Source of the DNA: Mantamonas sphyraenae STR306
Taxonomy: Eukaryota; Protista; CRuMs
Assembly (NCBI GenBank): GCA_026936335.1
Contig: JAPMXV010000020.1
Location: 192,128 to 256,127 of the forward strand
Direction: 5' to 3'
DNA length: 64,000 bases
Position numbers and translations under genes: made by a program. This document shows, one piece after another, positions 12,317 to 22,641 of the stretch (position 1 is the first letter of the stretch; each line of letters begins with the position of its first letter). The notes under the pieces are model-generated. The model had not been told where the DNA came from. It made no database searches and was given only the letters and a program-made list of their open reading frames with translations.

Positions 12317-15300
12317 ATGGACACGGCCGAAGACCCGTACTACGTGGATGCCGTGTGGGAGACAGAGGGATCGGTGGCGCAGGGCGGTATCGCCATGACC
12401 TCGGCTGGCTCCACAGCAAGCGCAAGCCGCGGGTCGTCGCCGAGCCCGGGCCACCACTCGCCCAACCCGGCCAGCAATGACTCGGTGCACGGTGGCGACT
12501 CGGCCAGGGTGTCTCTGGATGACAAGATGTTGCGCTCCAATCACAGTGCCCTCGACTTTGCCGGCTCCTGGGTGCGTGAGTCGACACTCGCGCGCAAGTT
12601 GTTCCTCTGGTGGTACCACATCACACTCAACCCCATGCTGCGCGGCAGTGAGACCTTTGTCAGCGAGCGCATCCGCCTGTGCAACTCGCTCAACCTCACC
12701 CTCTTTCTCATCAACATGCTTCTGTGGCTGGCGTTCATGTACGTTGTCCCGCACGCCCACGCGCTCCTCGCCAGACGTCCAGCACTTTCTTCTATTTCCG
12801 CAACTTTCCACAAGCCACTTTCGCTGCACCGTGCACGTCACCACCTGCCCATCGCCACGTGCGCACTCCCACTGCACCCAGGCACACCTTGTTTGCACAC
12901 ACTCACACACTCCTGCTTCCATGTGCACACACAATCTGGGCAGCCCACTGTCTCAGGGCTGGTCTCCAGGAAGAATCACTTGGCTTCTCTACTCCCTGGC
13001 CTCCGGAGTTGCGTTTCTCGTCGGCCGCACGCGCCACTGGCACCGTGGCGTCATGCTGTACCTGATTTTCATCGGAGCCATGATCCTCGTGCTGCTGGCG
13101 CTGCCCAACACGGCCATCAACATTCCACAGCAGTTCCTCTTTCTGCTCCTGCCTGTGGTGATCAGCTCGCTTGTACTGTCGGCGACCGAGATGGCTTACA
13201 TGCTCATGTGCTTTCTGTTTCTGGCGCTGCTGTTGCCGCTGGTCAACACGTCGCTGAACTATGGCACGCTGACGAGCTCGCTGGTGTTCCTCGGGTTGCA
13301 CTTTCTCATCAGCGTCTCCAAGGTCACCAACTATCAACGTGAAATCACCACCATGCGTAACGCGGCCATGGTGCTGCGCAAGTCGGAGAAGCGCTACCGG
13401 TCGCTGTTCACGGCAACGTTTGAGGGAGTGGCGATCTTTGACCAAGGTGGACTGCTGCTGGACGCCAACCCGCGCTTTCTGGACATGTTTGGACACACGA
13501 TGGAGAATGTGCTGGGCAAACACATCTCGTTCATTCTGCCCACCAACAATCACAGCATGCACAAGCTGACCAGCGTGTTTGCAAGCCACGGCTCCCTCGA
13601 GGGGTACGCCAAGCACAGCGACGGCTCCAAAATCGCGGTGGAGATGTTTTGCAAGCGTCATTCGTACGAAAATGTCAGCCACGCCTACGTGGTGGCTGTG
13701 CGTGACGTGAGCGCACAGCGCATGGCCACGAAAAAGTCGGCCGAAAGCGAAAGCAAAACCAACTTTCTGGCCATGGCCTCACACGAGCTGCGCAACCCTC
13801 TGAACGTCGTATACGGCTTTGCGGAGAAGCTGATGGCGGCGCGAGAGGAGCTGCCGCCACGCTTCCGCGATCTGGTGCGCTTGATGAGCGAGGAGGCTCG
13901 CAGTTTGCGGCAGCTGATCGACGACCTCATCGACTTGGCGCGCATCGAGAGCAACCGGGTGGAGTTTCACAATGAGCCCTTCTCCGTGCGCAAGCTCATC
14001 TACGACCTGCTGGAGGTGCAGAGCGTCCACTGGAAGGCAAAGAGTCTGCGTGTCATCCCCACCGTCAACGTACCGGAGCTGGTGCTGGGCGACTCGCATC
14101 GTGTGGCACAGGTGCTGCGCAATCTGGTGTCCAACGCGATCAAGTTTACGCAGGCGCGGGGCCTGCTGAGCGTGAGTGCAACGATGGCGCCGGACGAACT
14201 TCGTACGCCCAACGGCCTGGTGCAGTCGCGTGGCATGTTGCACTTTGTCATTGCCGATGGAGGCAAGGGCATTGCCACCAATGAGGTGTCGCAGCTGTTC
14301 CAGCTGTTTTCGCAGGCAGAGAGTGGTCAAAAGCAGGCCGGCAGCGGGCTGGGTTTGTACATATGCAAGCATCTGGTCGAACAGATGGGCGGGCAGATCT
14401 GGGTGCGCTCGAAGCTGAATGTGGGCACGACGTTCAGCTTTGTGCTGCCGCTCAAGGTGATTGAGGAGAACGACGGACGATACACGCGGTTGTCGAGCTT
14501 GCCCTCTGGCCTGGACCACTTGCTGCCCGAGTCCCTGGAAGACAGCGAAGGCACGCTGGCACAGTCTGTGCTCAGTGCCCAGGCGGAGCATCAGCGCAGC
14601 AGAGACACGAGCCAGTTGCATCCGATCCTTGTGGCAGAAGACTTGGTGAACAACCGCACCGTGCTGTCCATCTTGCTGGAAGACATGCCGTACGACATCA
14701 CCTACGCCATCGACGGCTACGAGGCGGTGGAAACGGTCAAGGCCAACCCGAACAAGTTCAAGGTCATCCTGATGGACGTGGGCATGCCGCGCATGGACGG
14801 CTACCAGGCCACCAAGGTGATTCGTGCGTGGGAACAGCAGACCAACGGCAAGCGACACCCCATTGTGTTTTGCACTGCGCATGCCTCCAAGGCACACATC
14901 CAGGAGGCCGAAGCAGCAGGTGGCGATGGGTACGTCACCAAACCCATCGACATCAAGGACCTGCTGGCTGTACTGGAGAAGCACTGTGGGGAAGCTGAAG
15001 AGGTGGAGGTGCAGGACGACAAGGGCAAGGGCAAGGGCAAAGTGAATGCTCCCGGTGGTGGGCTGAGTTCTGGCAACGATCACACGGCGGACACGCAGCA
15101 GGCCGAGGTGGAAGAGGTGGAAGTTGTGGTGGTGGATGGTGGTGCAGAGGAGGGCATGTTGGAGGGCACGTTGATATTGGCAGAGGGGGAGGAGGACGAA
15201 GAGGAGGAAGAGGCGGATGAGGAGGAGGAGGAGGACGCAATTGTGGCGTGGGTGCCACCAAAGATGCTCAATTTTGCGCCTGTGTTTCTGGACAGCATCA

Positions 15301-15605
15301 AATCGGAAATCAAAAAGTTCCACAAGCAGGCAAAGAAGGTGCCTGTGGACAATGTGGTGGCCTCGACGCCCGAGGAGGAGGACACAGAGGAAACGGCTGC
15401 ACAACGAAAGGTGCTGAACAAACTGAAAAAGATGGGCCACGGGTGGAAGGGCAGTGGCAAGACAGTGGGCATGCCCGAGGTGACAACGTACGGCAAGGCT
15501 GTGGAGGATGCGGGCAAAGAGTACGACCTGGCCGGGATGCTCTCCTGGGTGGAGAAGCTGGAATACTATGTGGAGCATGTGCAGATACGGGAGCAAAGGA
15601 GTTGA
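12317..15605 (+). CDS. Membrane-bound hybrid histidine kinase: TM region, PAS, HisKA, HATPase, REC, HPt; intron 12739-12943
   Basis: PAS (YRSLF...DANPRFLDMFG), H-box ASHELRNPLN, N-box NLVSNAIKFT, G-boxes DGGKGI and GSGLGL, receiver (AED...ILMDVGMPRMDG...TA...KP), and C-terminal HPt-like GHGWKGSGKTVG. Confidence 0.93.
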
Positions 15606-15670
15606 GAGGATCAGGGAAGGGGGTGGGTACAGGGTTGAGTCGACGAATGAATGGTGTGCGAGCGTCCGCG

Positions 15671-17236
15671 ATGACGTCAACACGAGAATTTTTTGCGTGG
15701 ATGGCCATCGACCGCACAGAGGTGCTGGAGCACCTGAAGCACCTGTTCACGATTGCGTGGCCGGTGATTGTGGGATTCTTTTGCCAAAACATGCTGATGA
15801 TCCTGGGCATCATGTTTGTGGGCCACCTCGGGGCAACGGAGTTGGCCGGGATTGCCCTGGGCTCCTTCTTCACGAATGTCACGGGCTTTGCGACGTCGAG
15901 CGGCATGCTAACAGCTCTGGACACGCTTGCGGCACAGGCGATGGGATTGAAACAGATGAAGCTGGTCGGAGTGCTGCTGCAGCGCATGCTGGTGATCCAA
16001 GCCGGCATGTGGGTTCTGATTTCCATCATCTGGCTGAACACAGAGAGCATCCTGTTGGCTCTGGGTCAGGACCCTGAGGTCTGTGTGTATGCAGGACAGT
16101 TTGCGTCTGTGTCTGTGCTTGCGCTGCCGTTCTTCATGCTGTACGAGTGCGTCCGTCGATACCTGTCCGCGCAAGAGATTACCAAGCCGGCATTCTACGT
16201 GACGCTTGCAGCAGTGCCGTTTTGTGCGCTGTACAACTGGCTTTTGGTGAGTGTGCTTGGACTGGGCTTTGTGGGCAGCCCCGTGGCCCTTGTGCTTGTG
16301 TATGCGCAGCTTGCGTTGTCGCTTGTGGCGTACTGCAAGTGGCAGGGACTTCACACAGCGACGTGGGGAGGGTGGACACGTGCGGCACTGTCTGGTCTGA
16401 AACCAATGATCAAGCTGGGCAGCTTTGGTGTGCTGCAACTGAGTGCAGAGTGGTGGGCGTTTGAAATCAACGCAATCTTTGCGGGTCTGCTGGGCACGGT
16501 GGAGTTGGCGTCGCAGAGTGTGATCATGACGAGCACGGCGCTGTTGTTCATGGTTCCTTTGGGCATCTCGGTGGCAGTGTCGGTGGTGGTGGGCAATTTC
16601 CTGGGCAGCGGCCAGGTGCGCAAAGCAAAGGTGGTCAGCGCGGTGGCGACGGGAGTGACTGCCGCGTGCATGATGGTGCAGGGTCTGCTGTTGTTTGCCC
16701 TGCGCGATGTGTGGGGTTGGATCTTTAGCAACGACCAGCGGGTGGTGCTGATGGTGGCGCACGTGCTGCCTGTGCTGTGCCTGTTTACGACTCTGGACGG
16801 CCTGCAGGGCACAATGAGCGGTGTGCTGCGAGGCTCGGGACGCCAAAACATCGGTGGGTATTTTAACCTGTTTTCCTACTGGATGGTGTCGTTGCCGCTG
16901 GGCCAGGTGCTCGTCTTTGTGACGAATCCAGAGCTGGGGATTATGGGGTTCTGGATCTCGCTCAGCGTGGGCCTTTTGATCAATTGCACGTTGCTGGGCA
17001 CGGCGCTGTACCGCACAGACTGGGACAAGGAGAGCGAAAAGGCAGTGGCGCGCGTGGAGGAGCAGGAAGAGGCAGCAGAGGCGGCCGGGGCGGTGGGGCT
17101 GGACTCGATTTCCCTGCGCGAACACGAAGGTGGTGACAGTGACGAGGAGGGGGGAGAGGAGGGAGAGGAGGGAGAGAAGGGAGAGGAGGGAGAGGAGGGA
17201 GAGAAGGGAGAGGGAGAGAAAGACGAGACGGTGTGA
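15671..17236 (+). CDS. MATE-family multidrug/toxin efflux transporter
   Basis: FVGHLGATELAGIALG, ALDTLAAQA, EWWAFE, DGLQGTMSGVLRGSGRQ; about 12 TM segments and an acidic EEG-repeat tail. Confidence 0.95.
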   Translation: MTSTREFFAWMAIDRTEVLEHLKHLFTIAWPVIVGFFCQNMLMILGIMFVGHLGATELAGIALGSFFTNVTGFATSSGMLTALDTLAAQAMGLKQMKLVGVLLQRMLVIQAGMWVLISIIWLNTESILLALGQDPEVCVYAGQFASVSVLALPFFMLYECVRRYLSAQEITKPAFYVTLAAVPFCALYNWLLVSVLGLGFVGSPVALVLVYAQLALSLVAYCKWQGLHTATWGGWTRAALSGLKPMIKLGSFGVLQLSAEWWAFEINAIFAGLLGTVELASQSVIMTSTALLFMVPLGISVAVSVVVGNFLGSGQVRKAKVVSAVATGVTAACMMVQGLLLFALRDVWGWIFSNDQRVVLMVAHVLPVLCLFTTLDGLQGTMSGVLRGSGRQNIGGYFNLFSYWMVSLPLGQVLVFVTNPELGIMGFWISLSVGLLINCTLLGTALYRTDWDKESEKAVARVEEQEEAAEAAGAVGLDSISLREHEGGDSDEEGGEEGEEGEKGEEGEEGEKGEGEKDETV

Positions 17237-17340
17237 GGTGGTGGGGTGAGGAGGGAGAGGAGGGAGAGGAGGGAGAGGAGGGAGAGAAGGGAGAGAAGGG
17301 AGAGGGAGAGAAAGACGAGACGGTGTGAGGGGGTGGGGTG
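17150..17340 (+). repeat. Purine-rich (GAGGAGGGA-type) repeat with a direct duplication of the MATE stop-codon region
   Basis: GAGAAGGGAGAGGGAGAGAAAGACGAGACGGTGTGAGG occurs at ~17200-17238 and again at ~17293-17330. Confidence 0.85.
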
Positions 17341-17366
17341 TGTTTTCAATGTGCTGTTCATTGGCT

Positions 17367-19060
17367 TCAGGCGACCTGAGCAAAGCCCATGCGGTGGTTC
17401 TCGGCGTCAAAGAGCGAGTAGTACTTGCGGATAAAGACATCGCCGAGGATGTAGAGCTCACCAATCTGCGGGGGCAGCTTGATGCCGAGGAAGCCGCTGA
17501 GGCACTCCTCTTGGCCGGCGGCGCCGATCTTGAGGATGTAGTCGTTGGGGGTCAGGGTAAAGTCCTTGCCGGCGAGGGTGATGGTGACGTCGGGCATGTG
17601 GGGGATCTGGCTGCAGTTGACGATGTACTCGTTGGTCGGGTTGGGGAGCTCGTCGCAGACCTTCTCCAGCTGGGCCTCGATCTGAGCCTCGGTACGGTTG
17701 TTGCCGAGGGCCTTGTCGAGGAGGGTGATGACAGCCTCGCACAGGGCGCAGCTGGTGCCGCCGACGTTGTTGCCGTCGAGGGAGTAGGTGCGTGCCTTGG
17801 GGCAGAGGCCGAGGTTGGTGCAGATGGTCTTGGGGTCGAGCTTCTGCAGGAGCATCTGGACGAGCTCAGGCTCGTACTTCTGGACAAAGGCGTCGCACTC
17901 CTCAGCAAGGAGACCCGTGGCGCCGATGAGCTTGTTGATCTGGTCCATGACCTCGACGGGGCCAGCGAGCAGGGACGTGCCTGTGTCGGCGATGGCCTTG
18001 CAGGGCTTGCTGGAGGAGCAGAAGTTCTGGTTGCCGGCGGCGAATCCGTCCATGGCAAACATCCAGTAGTTCTCCTCGATGAGGGGCACGTAGGTGAGGT
18101 CGCCGGTGAAGTGGCTGGTGTCGACGCCGCCGAGAGTGATCTCGCCGTTCTCGCCGCTCTTCGGGGAGAGGTAGTAGCCAAAGAGGGCCTTTTCGATCTT
18201 GCCCTCGGCAACGGCGTTCTTCCACCACGGGGTCACGTTGTCCACAGAGATGCTCTGGTAGGCCATGCCCATGATGCCGTCAAACTTGGCGGCGACAAAG
18301 GCCAGACCGGGCTCGCTGGTGGCCTCGCCAAAGACCTGGTCACCGACGACGACGTTGCCCACACCGACGGCGTCCTGGGAAAGGAAGCCCGTGCAGGCGC
18401 CGCTGCCGTACTGGATGCTGAAGGCCTTGCCGTTGGCGACGTAGGTGTGGGACTTGGAAGAGTCGTACTTGTGGTGCAGGTCACAGGCAATGTCGGTGAA
18501 CTTGCACTTCTTGGACGGGATCCACAGGTTGGAGGAACCCTGTAGGAGAGGGTGCAGGTGGTGGGGTGGGGTGGGGTGTGTGTGTCAGAGGCGGGGGCGC
18601 GTGCGTTTTCGGGAAGAAGCTGGCCAAAGAAAAAAATCCACGCGGAATGCGCGTGCATTTGCGCGCGTGGGCAGGGTGGAGAGGGAGATGGGAAGGCGTG
18701 GGAGGGTTGTGGGGATGGGGCCGTAGTGTGGAAAAGAGTACGTACGGTGTCCGGGACGACAAGGAAGTCCTGGGCCGGGTTGCCGATGGTGATGGCAATG
18801 TAGTACTGGGCATCTTCAAAGTTGGAGATGGGCACGTTGGAGGTGGAGACCTCGGCGCCGTACTTCTGGAGCAGGTTCTTGGCGATGCGCTGGCGCTGCT
18901 CGGCGACGTAGCGCAGGTTGGCGGCATGGAAGTTTGTGCCCGAGGCGTGCATGGCCTGGCGGACAGTGGTGTCCATGCGATGAAGCTGGACGCGCTCCAT
19001 GGCCAGGGCAGCGTGGCTGAGAGCAATCACAACGAGAAGACAAGCAAGAGTCTTGTTCAT
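17367..19060 (-). CDS. Cathepsin D/phytepsin-like A1 aspartic protease with a saposin-like insert; intron 18745-18540
   Basis: Signal peptide, DAQYYIAITIG, catalytic DT|GSSNLW (split by the intron) and DTGTSLLAGP, YILGDVFIRKYY; six-Cys swapped saposin insert at ~17640-17905. Confidence 0.95.
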
Positions 19061-19145
19061 GGTGTGTGGGTTGCACAGAATGGGGTTTGGTTGCTGCGGC
19101 TGGGGCAGGAGCGTTCGTGCGGCAAACGTTTTCCTTCCACACGAG

Positions 19146-22100
19146 ATGCAGTGGCAGCAGCAGCAGCAGAAGGCGCAGGGAGGCAGCACGGGAACCAACA
19201 CGGGAGGCTCGGGCAACACGGGCAGCATGAGCCCCGTGGTGGGCGGGGTTCAGCATGGAGGAAGCAGTGGAAACGGAGGCGGGAGCAGCAGTGGCGGCAG
19301 CTTCGGCGGCGTCTCGGGAGGGAGTGGAGGAAACAGCGTGCAGAGCGGCGGAGGACAAGTGATGATGGGTGGAACGGGCTCGAACGGAAGCGAAATGGGT
19401 GGGGGTTGGCAGGGAGGCTCTGTGGGCATGGGTTCAAGTGGAGGTGTAAGCGGAAGCGCGTTTGGAGGCGGCCCTCCCAATGGAGGAGTAGCATTCGGCT
19501 CGGTCGGCGGCAGCGGAAGCAGCATGAGCAGCAGTGGGAGCAGCACGGGCGGAGGCGGAGGTGGAGGTGGGTACGGAGGTGGGTATGTAAACCCGTACGC
19601 AAACAGCTACGGGGGTGGGGGCGGGGGAGGAAGCAGCAGCGGAGGGTCGAGTTCGACGACGACAACGACGTCATCGTCTGTGTCTGGGTCGGGAGCGGGC
19701 TCGGGAGGGCCGGCCAAGGTTGGAGGAGCGAGCTACGGAGGGCAAATGAGCGGAGGAAACACAGGGGCGGGCAACACGGCCAGCAGTAACCAGTCAAACA
19801 GTGGGAGCGGGAGCGAGGTGCCGTTCTACATTCGGCAGCAGCAGGAGATGGCTGCGAAGCAGGCGGCGGCACGTGCGGCAGCGGCAGAGGCAAGCAGCTC
19901 GAGCACGACGCGACTGCAGTACACCAATGTGGCAGAAGACCAGTACCAGGCGCTGTCGCTGGGTACTCTGGATAGCACGAGTTCGACGGGCGGACTGAGC
20001 GAAGATGCCGGTAGCAGCAGCCTGGGCGGGAGTGGAGGAGTGGTGAACCCATACAGCAAGGGCAGTGCAGGAGGAAGCAACACAGGAGGGTATGCGTATC
20101 CGAGCAGCGGTGCCATGGCAATGGGGGGAACCAACATGAGCAGCAACAGCGGGACAAACGCGAACAGTGCGAGCGGGAACCAACAGGACGGGAGCAAGGG
20201 TGGAGACGACGCAGGCAAGCAAGGTAGGAGCAAGAGTGGAAAGAAAAAGTCGCGCATCGATCCGAAGCAGATTCCGTCGCCGGCGGCAAACAAGGAAAAC
20301 ACGCGTGCATACTACGCGGCCCAGGTGAGCGGAACCAAGTATTTGCCGCCTGCACCGACGGCGCCGCAGGTGATTGAGGACAAGGGCAACTGCTCTAGTC
20401 GGTTTGTGCGCTCGTCTGTGTACAACGTACCTGTGAACGCGGAGCTGCTGGGCAACAGCAACCTTCCGTTTGGGCTTGTGGTGCAACCGTTTGCAGAGAC
20501 GGACATTGGGGAAGAGCGAGTGGCAGTTGTATCGACAGGGCAGGAGGGGCCGATCCGGTGCCGGCGGTGCCGCGGGTACATCAACTGCAGCGCACGATTT
20601 GTGGAAGGCGGGCGGTCGTGGGTGTGCCCTCTGTGCGATTGCAGCAACGAGGTGCCGAGGGACTACTTTAGCAACCTGGACGCCAACGGGAACCGTTTGG
20701 ATTTGGAATCGCGGCCGGAGCTGCAGCGGGGGAGCGTGGACTTTGAGGTGTTCCACGCGGACTACCTGAAGGAGTACGACGGGAAGGAGCCCGAGGCTAT
20801 GGCGTATGTGTTTGTGATTGACGTGAGCCCCGGTGCAATGAGTAGCGGGATGGTGGGCGTGGCGGCGGCAGCGATCCGGGAACAGCTGGACGAGCTGCCG
20901 GCTGGAGACGCGGCGCGCGTGGCATTCATCACGTACGACACGAGCGTCCACTTTTACGACGTGAGCGAGCGGCAGTCGAGCCCTGCGATGCATGTGGTGT
21001 CGGAGGTGGACGACATGTACGTGCCGCTGCCGCACGGGTCTGTGGTGACGCTGGGAGAGTCGCGTGGGCTTGTGGAGGAACTGCTGACGACGCTGGAGTC
21101 GCCGAGCATGTTTGGGCAGGGCAAGAGCAGCGGGAGCGCGTTTGGAGCAGCGATGCAAGCGGCGAGGCTTGCACTGAGCGAGAGCCACGGAGGGCGTGTG
21201 CTTGCGTTTGTGGCAAACATGCCGTCGTACGGCCCGGGAGCCATGAGTGGGCGCAAGAACCGACGGGTGTACGGAACGGAGCAGGAAAAGACACTGTTTC
21301 TGCCGCAGGGCAACTTTTATCCGACTCTGGGGGCGGAACTGAGCGAAGCCGGTGTGGCGGTGGACCTGTTCCTGTGTGCGAGCAGCTTCATGGACGTAGC
21401 GAGCCTGAGCGCGGTGAGCCGGCTGACGGGCGGGCAGGTGCAGTATTACAGCAAGTTTATGGGCGAAGGAAGCAGCGGGGCCAAGCTTGCGCTGGACGTG
21501 GGGCGTGCAATGCGCCGAGAAAGCGGATACGACGGCCTGATGCGAGTGCGCACAAGCACGGGAGTGACAGCGGTGGCACACTACGGCCACTTTCTGCCAA
21601 AGAGCGCCACAGACATGCGCATGGCGGGCGTGGACGCAGACCTGACGTTTGCAGTGGAGCTTGCGCTGGAGAAGGAGCTGGAGGACAAGAGCATGGCGTG
21701 TGTGCAGGTTGCAATCCTGTACACGGCAGCTGATGGGACACGGCGCATCCGTGTGCACACGTGGAGCGGACGTGTGACGTCGAACCTTGGCAACGTGTAC
21801 AAGTATGCAGACCTGTACACAGTGGCGGGCCTGCTGACGCAAAAGGCGCTTGCCCAGGCGGAGCAGAACAGCACCAACGCGGCACGGCAAGAGATCAACA
21901 AGGCGTGCGTGGACATGCTGTACACGTACCGGAAGTTTTGTGCAAACTCGAGCGAGCCGGGCCAACTGATTCTTCCCGAGTCGCTGAAGCTGCTGCCTGT
22001 GTTTACGCTGGGCATGACCAAGACGGCGGCATTCAACTCAAACACAAGCGTGGTGCTGGACGCACGCGTGGCGGACATGAACGCGCTTCGACGCATGCCG

Positions 22101-22592
22101 CTGCAGCAGCTGACTCTGTACGTGTACCCGCGCATGTATGCGTTGCACGCGTTGCACGAAAAGGCGGGGCTGGCTGTGGAAGGGGAAACCAACATTGTTG
22201 CGATGCCAAAGGCGGCGAGCCTGAGCAGCGAGCACCTGACAAACGACGGAGTGTTTCTGCTGGACAACGGCCAGGACTTTCTGGTGTGGGTGGGAAGCAA
22301 CGTGGAGGAAAGCGTGCTGGACCGTCTGTTTGACGTGATGGAGGTGCGTGCGCTCGGCAAAGAACCGCAGTGGAGGGAGCTGGACAACGACTACAACCGA
22401 CGTGTGTGCGCCATGATGGAGTACCTGCGCGAGACAAGGAGCAGCAACCCGATGGTGAGCGTGGTCACGCGTGGCAGTGCGATGGAGCCGTGGTTCCTGT
22501 CGTTCTTGTTTGAAGACCGCAGCGTCGGTGCGATGAGCTACGTCGACCACCTGTGCTCTATCCACAGGCAGATTCAGAGGCGATTGGCGTGA
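19146..22592 (+). CDS. SEC24: COPII coat cargo adaptor Sec24 (Sec24C/D-like) with a Gly/Ser-rich N-terminus
   Basis: RIDPKQIPSP, zinc finger RCRRCRGYIN...WVCPLC, trunk YVFVIDVS, RRIRVHT, GQLILPESLKLLP, and terminal SYVDHLCSIHRQIQ. Confidence 0.96.
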   Translation: MQWQQQQQKAQGGSTGTNTGGSGNTGSMSPVVGGVQHGGSSGNGGGSSSGGSFGGVSGGSGGNSVQSGGGQVMMGGTGSNGSEMGGGWQGGSVGMGSSGGVSGSAFGGGPPNGGVAFGSVGGSGSSMSSSGSSTGGGGGGGGYGGGYVNPYANSYGGGGGGGSSSGGSSSTTTTTSSSVSGSGAGSGGPAKVGGASYGGQMSGGNTGAGNTASSNQSNSGSGSEVPFYIRQQQEMAAKQAAARAAAAEASSSSTTRLQYTNVAEDQYQALSLGTLDSTSSTGGLSEDAGSSSLGGSGGVVNPYSKGSAGGSNTGGYAYPSSGAMAMGGTNMSSNSGTNANSASGNQQDGSKGGDDAGKQGRSKSGKKKSRIDPKQIPSPAANKENTRAYYAAQVSGTKYLPPAPTAPQVIEDKGNCSSRFVRSSVYNVPVNAELLGNSNLPFGLVVQPFAETDIGEERVAVVSTGQEGPIRCRRCRGYINCSARFVEGGRSWVCPLCDCSNEVPRDYFSNLDANGNRLDLESRPELQRGSVDFEVFHADYLKEYDGKEPEAMAYVFVIDVSPGAMSSGMVGVAAAAIREQLDELPAGDAARVAFITYDTSVHFYDVSERQSSPAMHVVSEVDDMYVPLPHGSVVTLGESRGLVEELLTTLESPSMFGQGKSSGSAFGAAMQAARLALSESHGGRVLAFVANMPSYGPGAMSGRKNRRVYGTEQEKTLFLPQGNFYPTLGAELSEAGVAVDLFLCASSFMDVASLSAVSRLTGGQVQYYSKFMGEGSSGAKLALDVGRAMRRESGYDGLMRVRTSTGVTAVAHYGHFLPKSATDMRMAGVDADLTFAVELALEKELEDKSMACVQVAILYTAADGTRRIRVHTWSGRVTSNLGNVYKYADLYTVAGLLTQKALAQAEQNSTNAARQEINKACVDMLYTYRKFCANSSEPGQLILPESLKLLPVFTLGMTKTAAFNSNTSVVLDARVADMNALRRMPLQQLTLYVYPRMYALHALHEKAGLAVEGETNIVAMPKAASLSSEHLTNDGVFLLDNGQDFLVWVGSNVEESVLDRLFDVMEVRALGKEPQWRELDNDYNRRVCAMMEYLRETRSSNPMVSVVTRGSAMEPWFLSFLFEDRSVGAMSYVDHLCSIHRQIQRRLA

Positions 22593-22641
22593 GGGATGAG
22601 AATGTAGGAGACGGGAATTTGCCTTCATTGCGTTTGTTGGT

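Noticed and set aside
12317-15605. Bacterial contamination or chimeric contig suggested by the histidine kinase
   Set aside because: The gene has a spliceosomal intron and composition like its neighbours, and lies ~100 bp from MCU.
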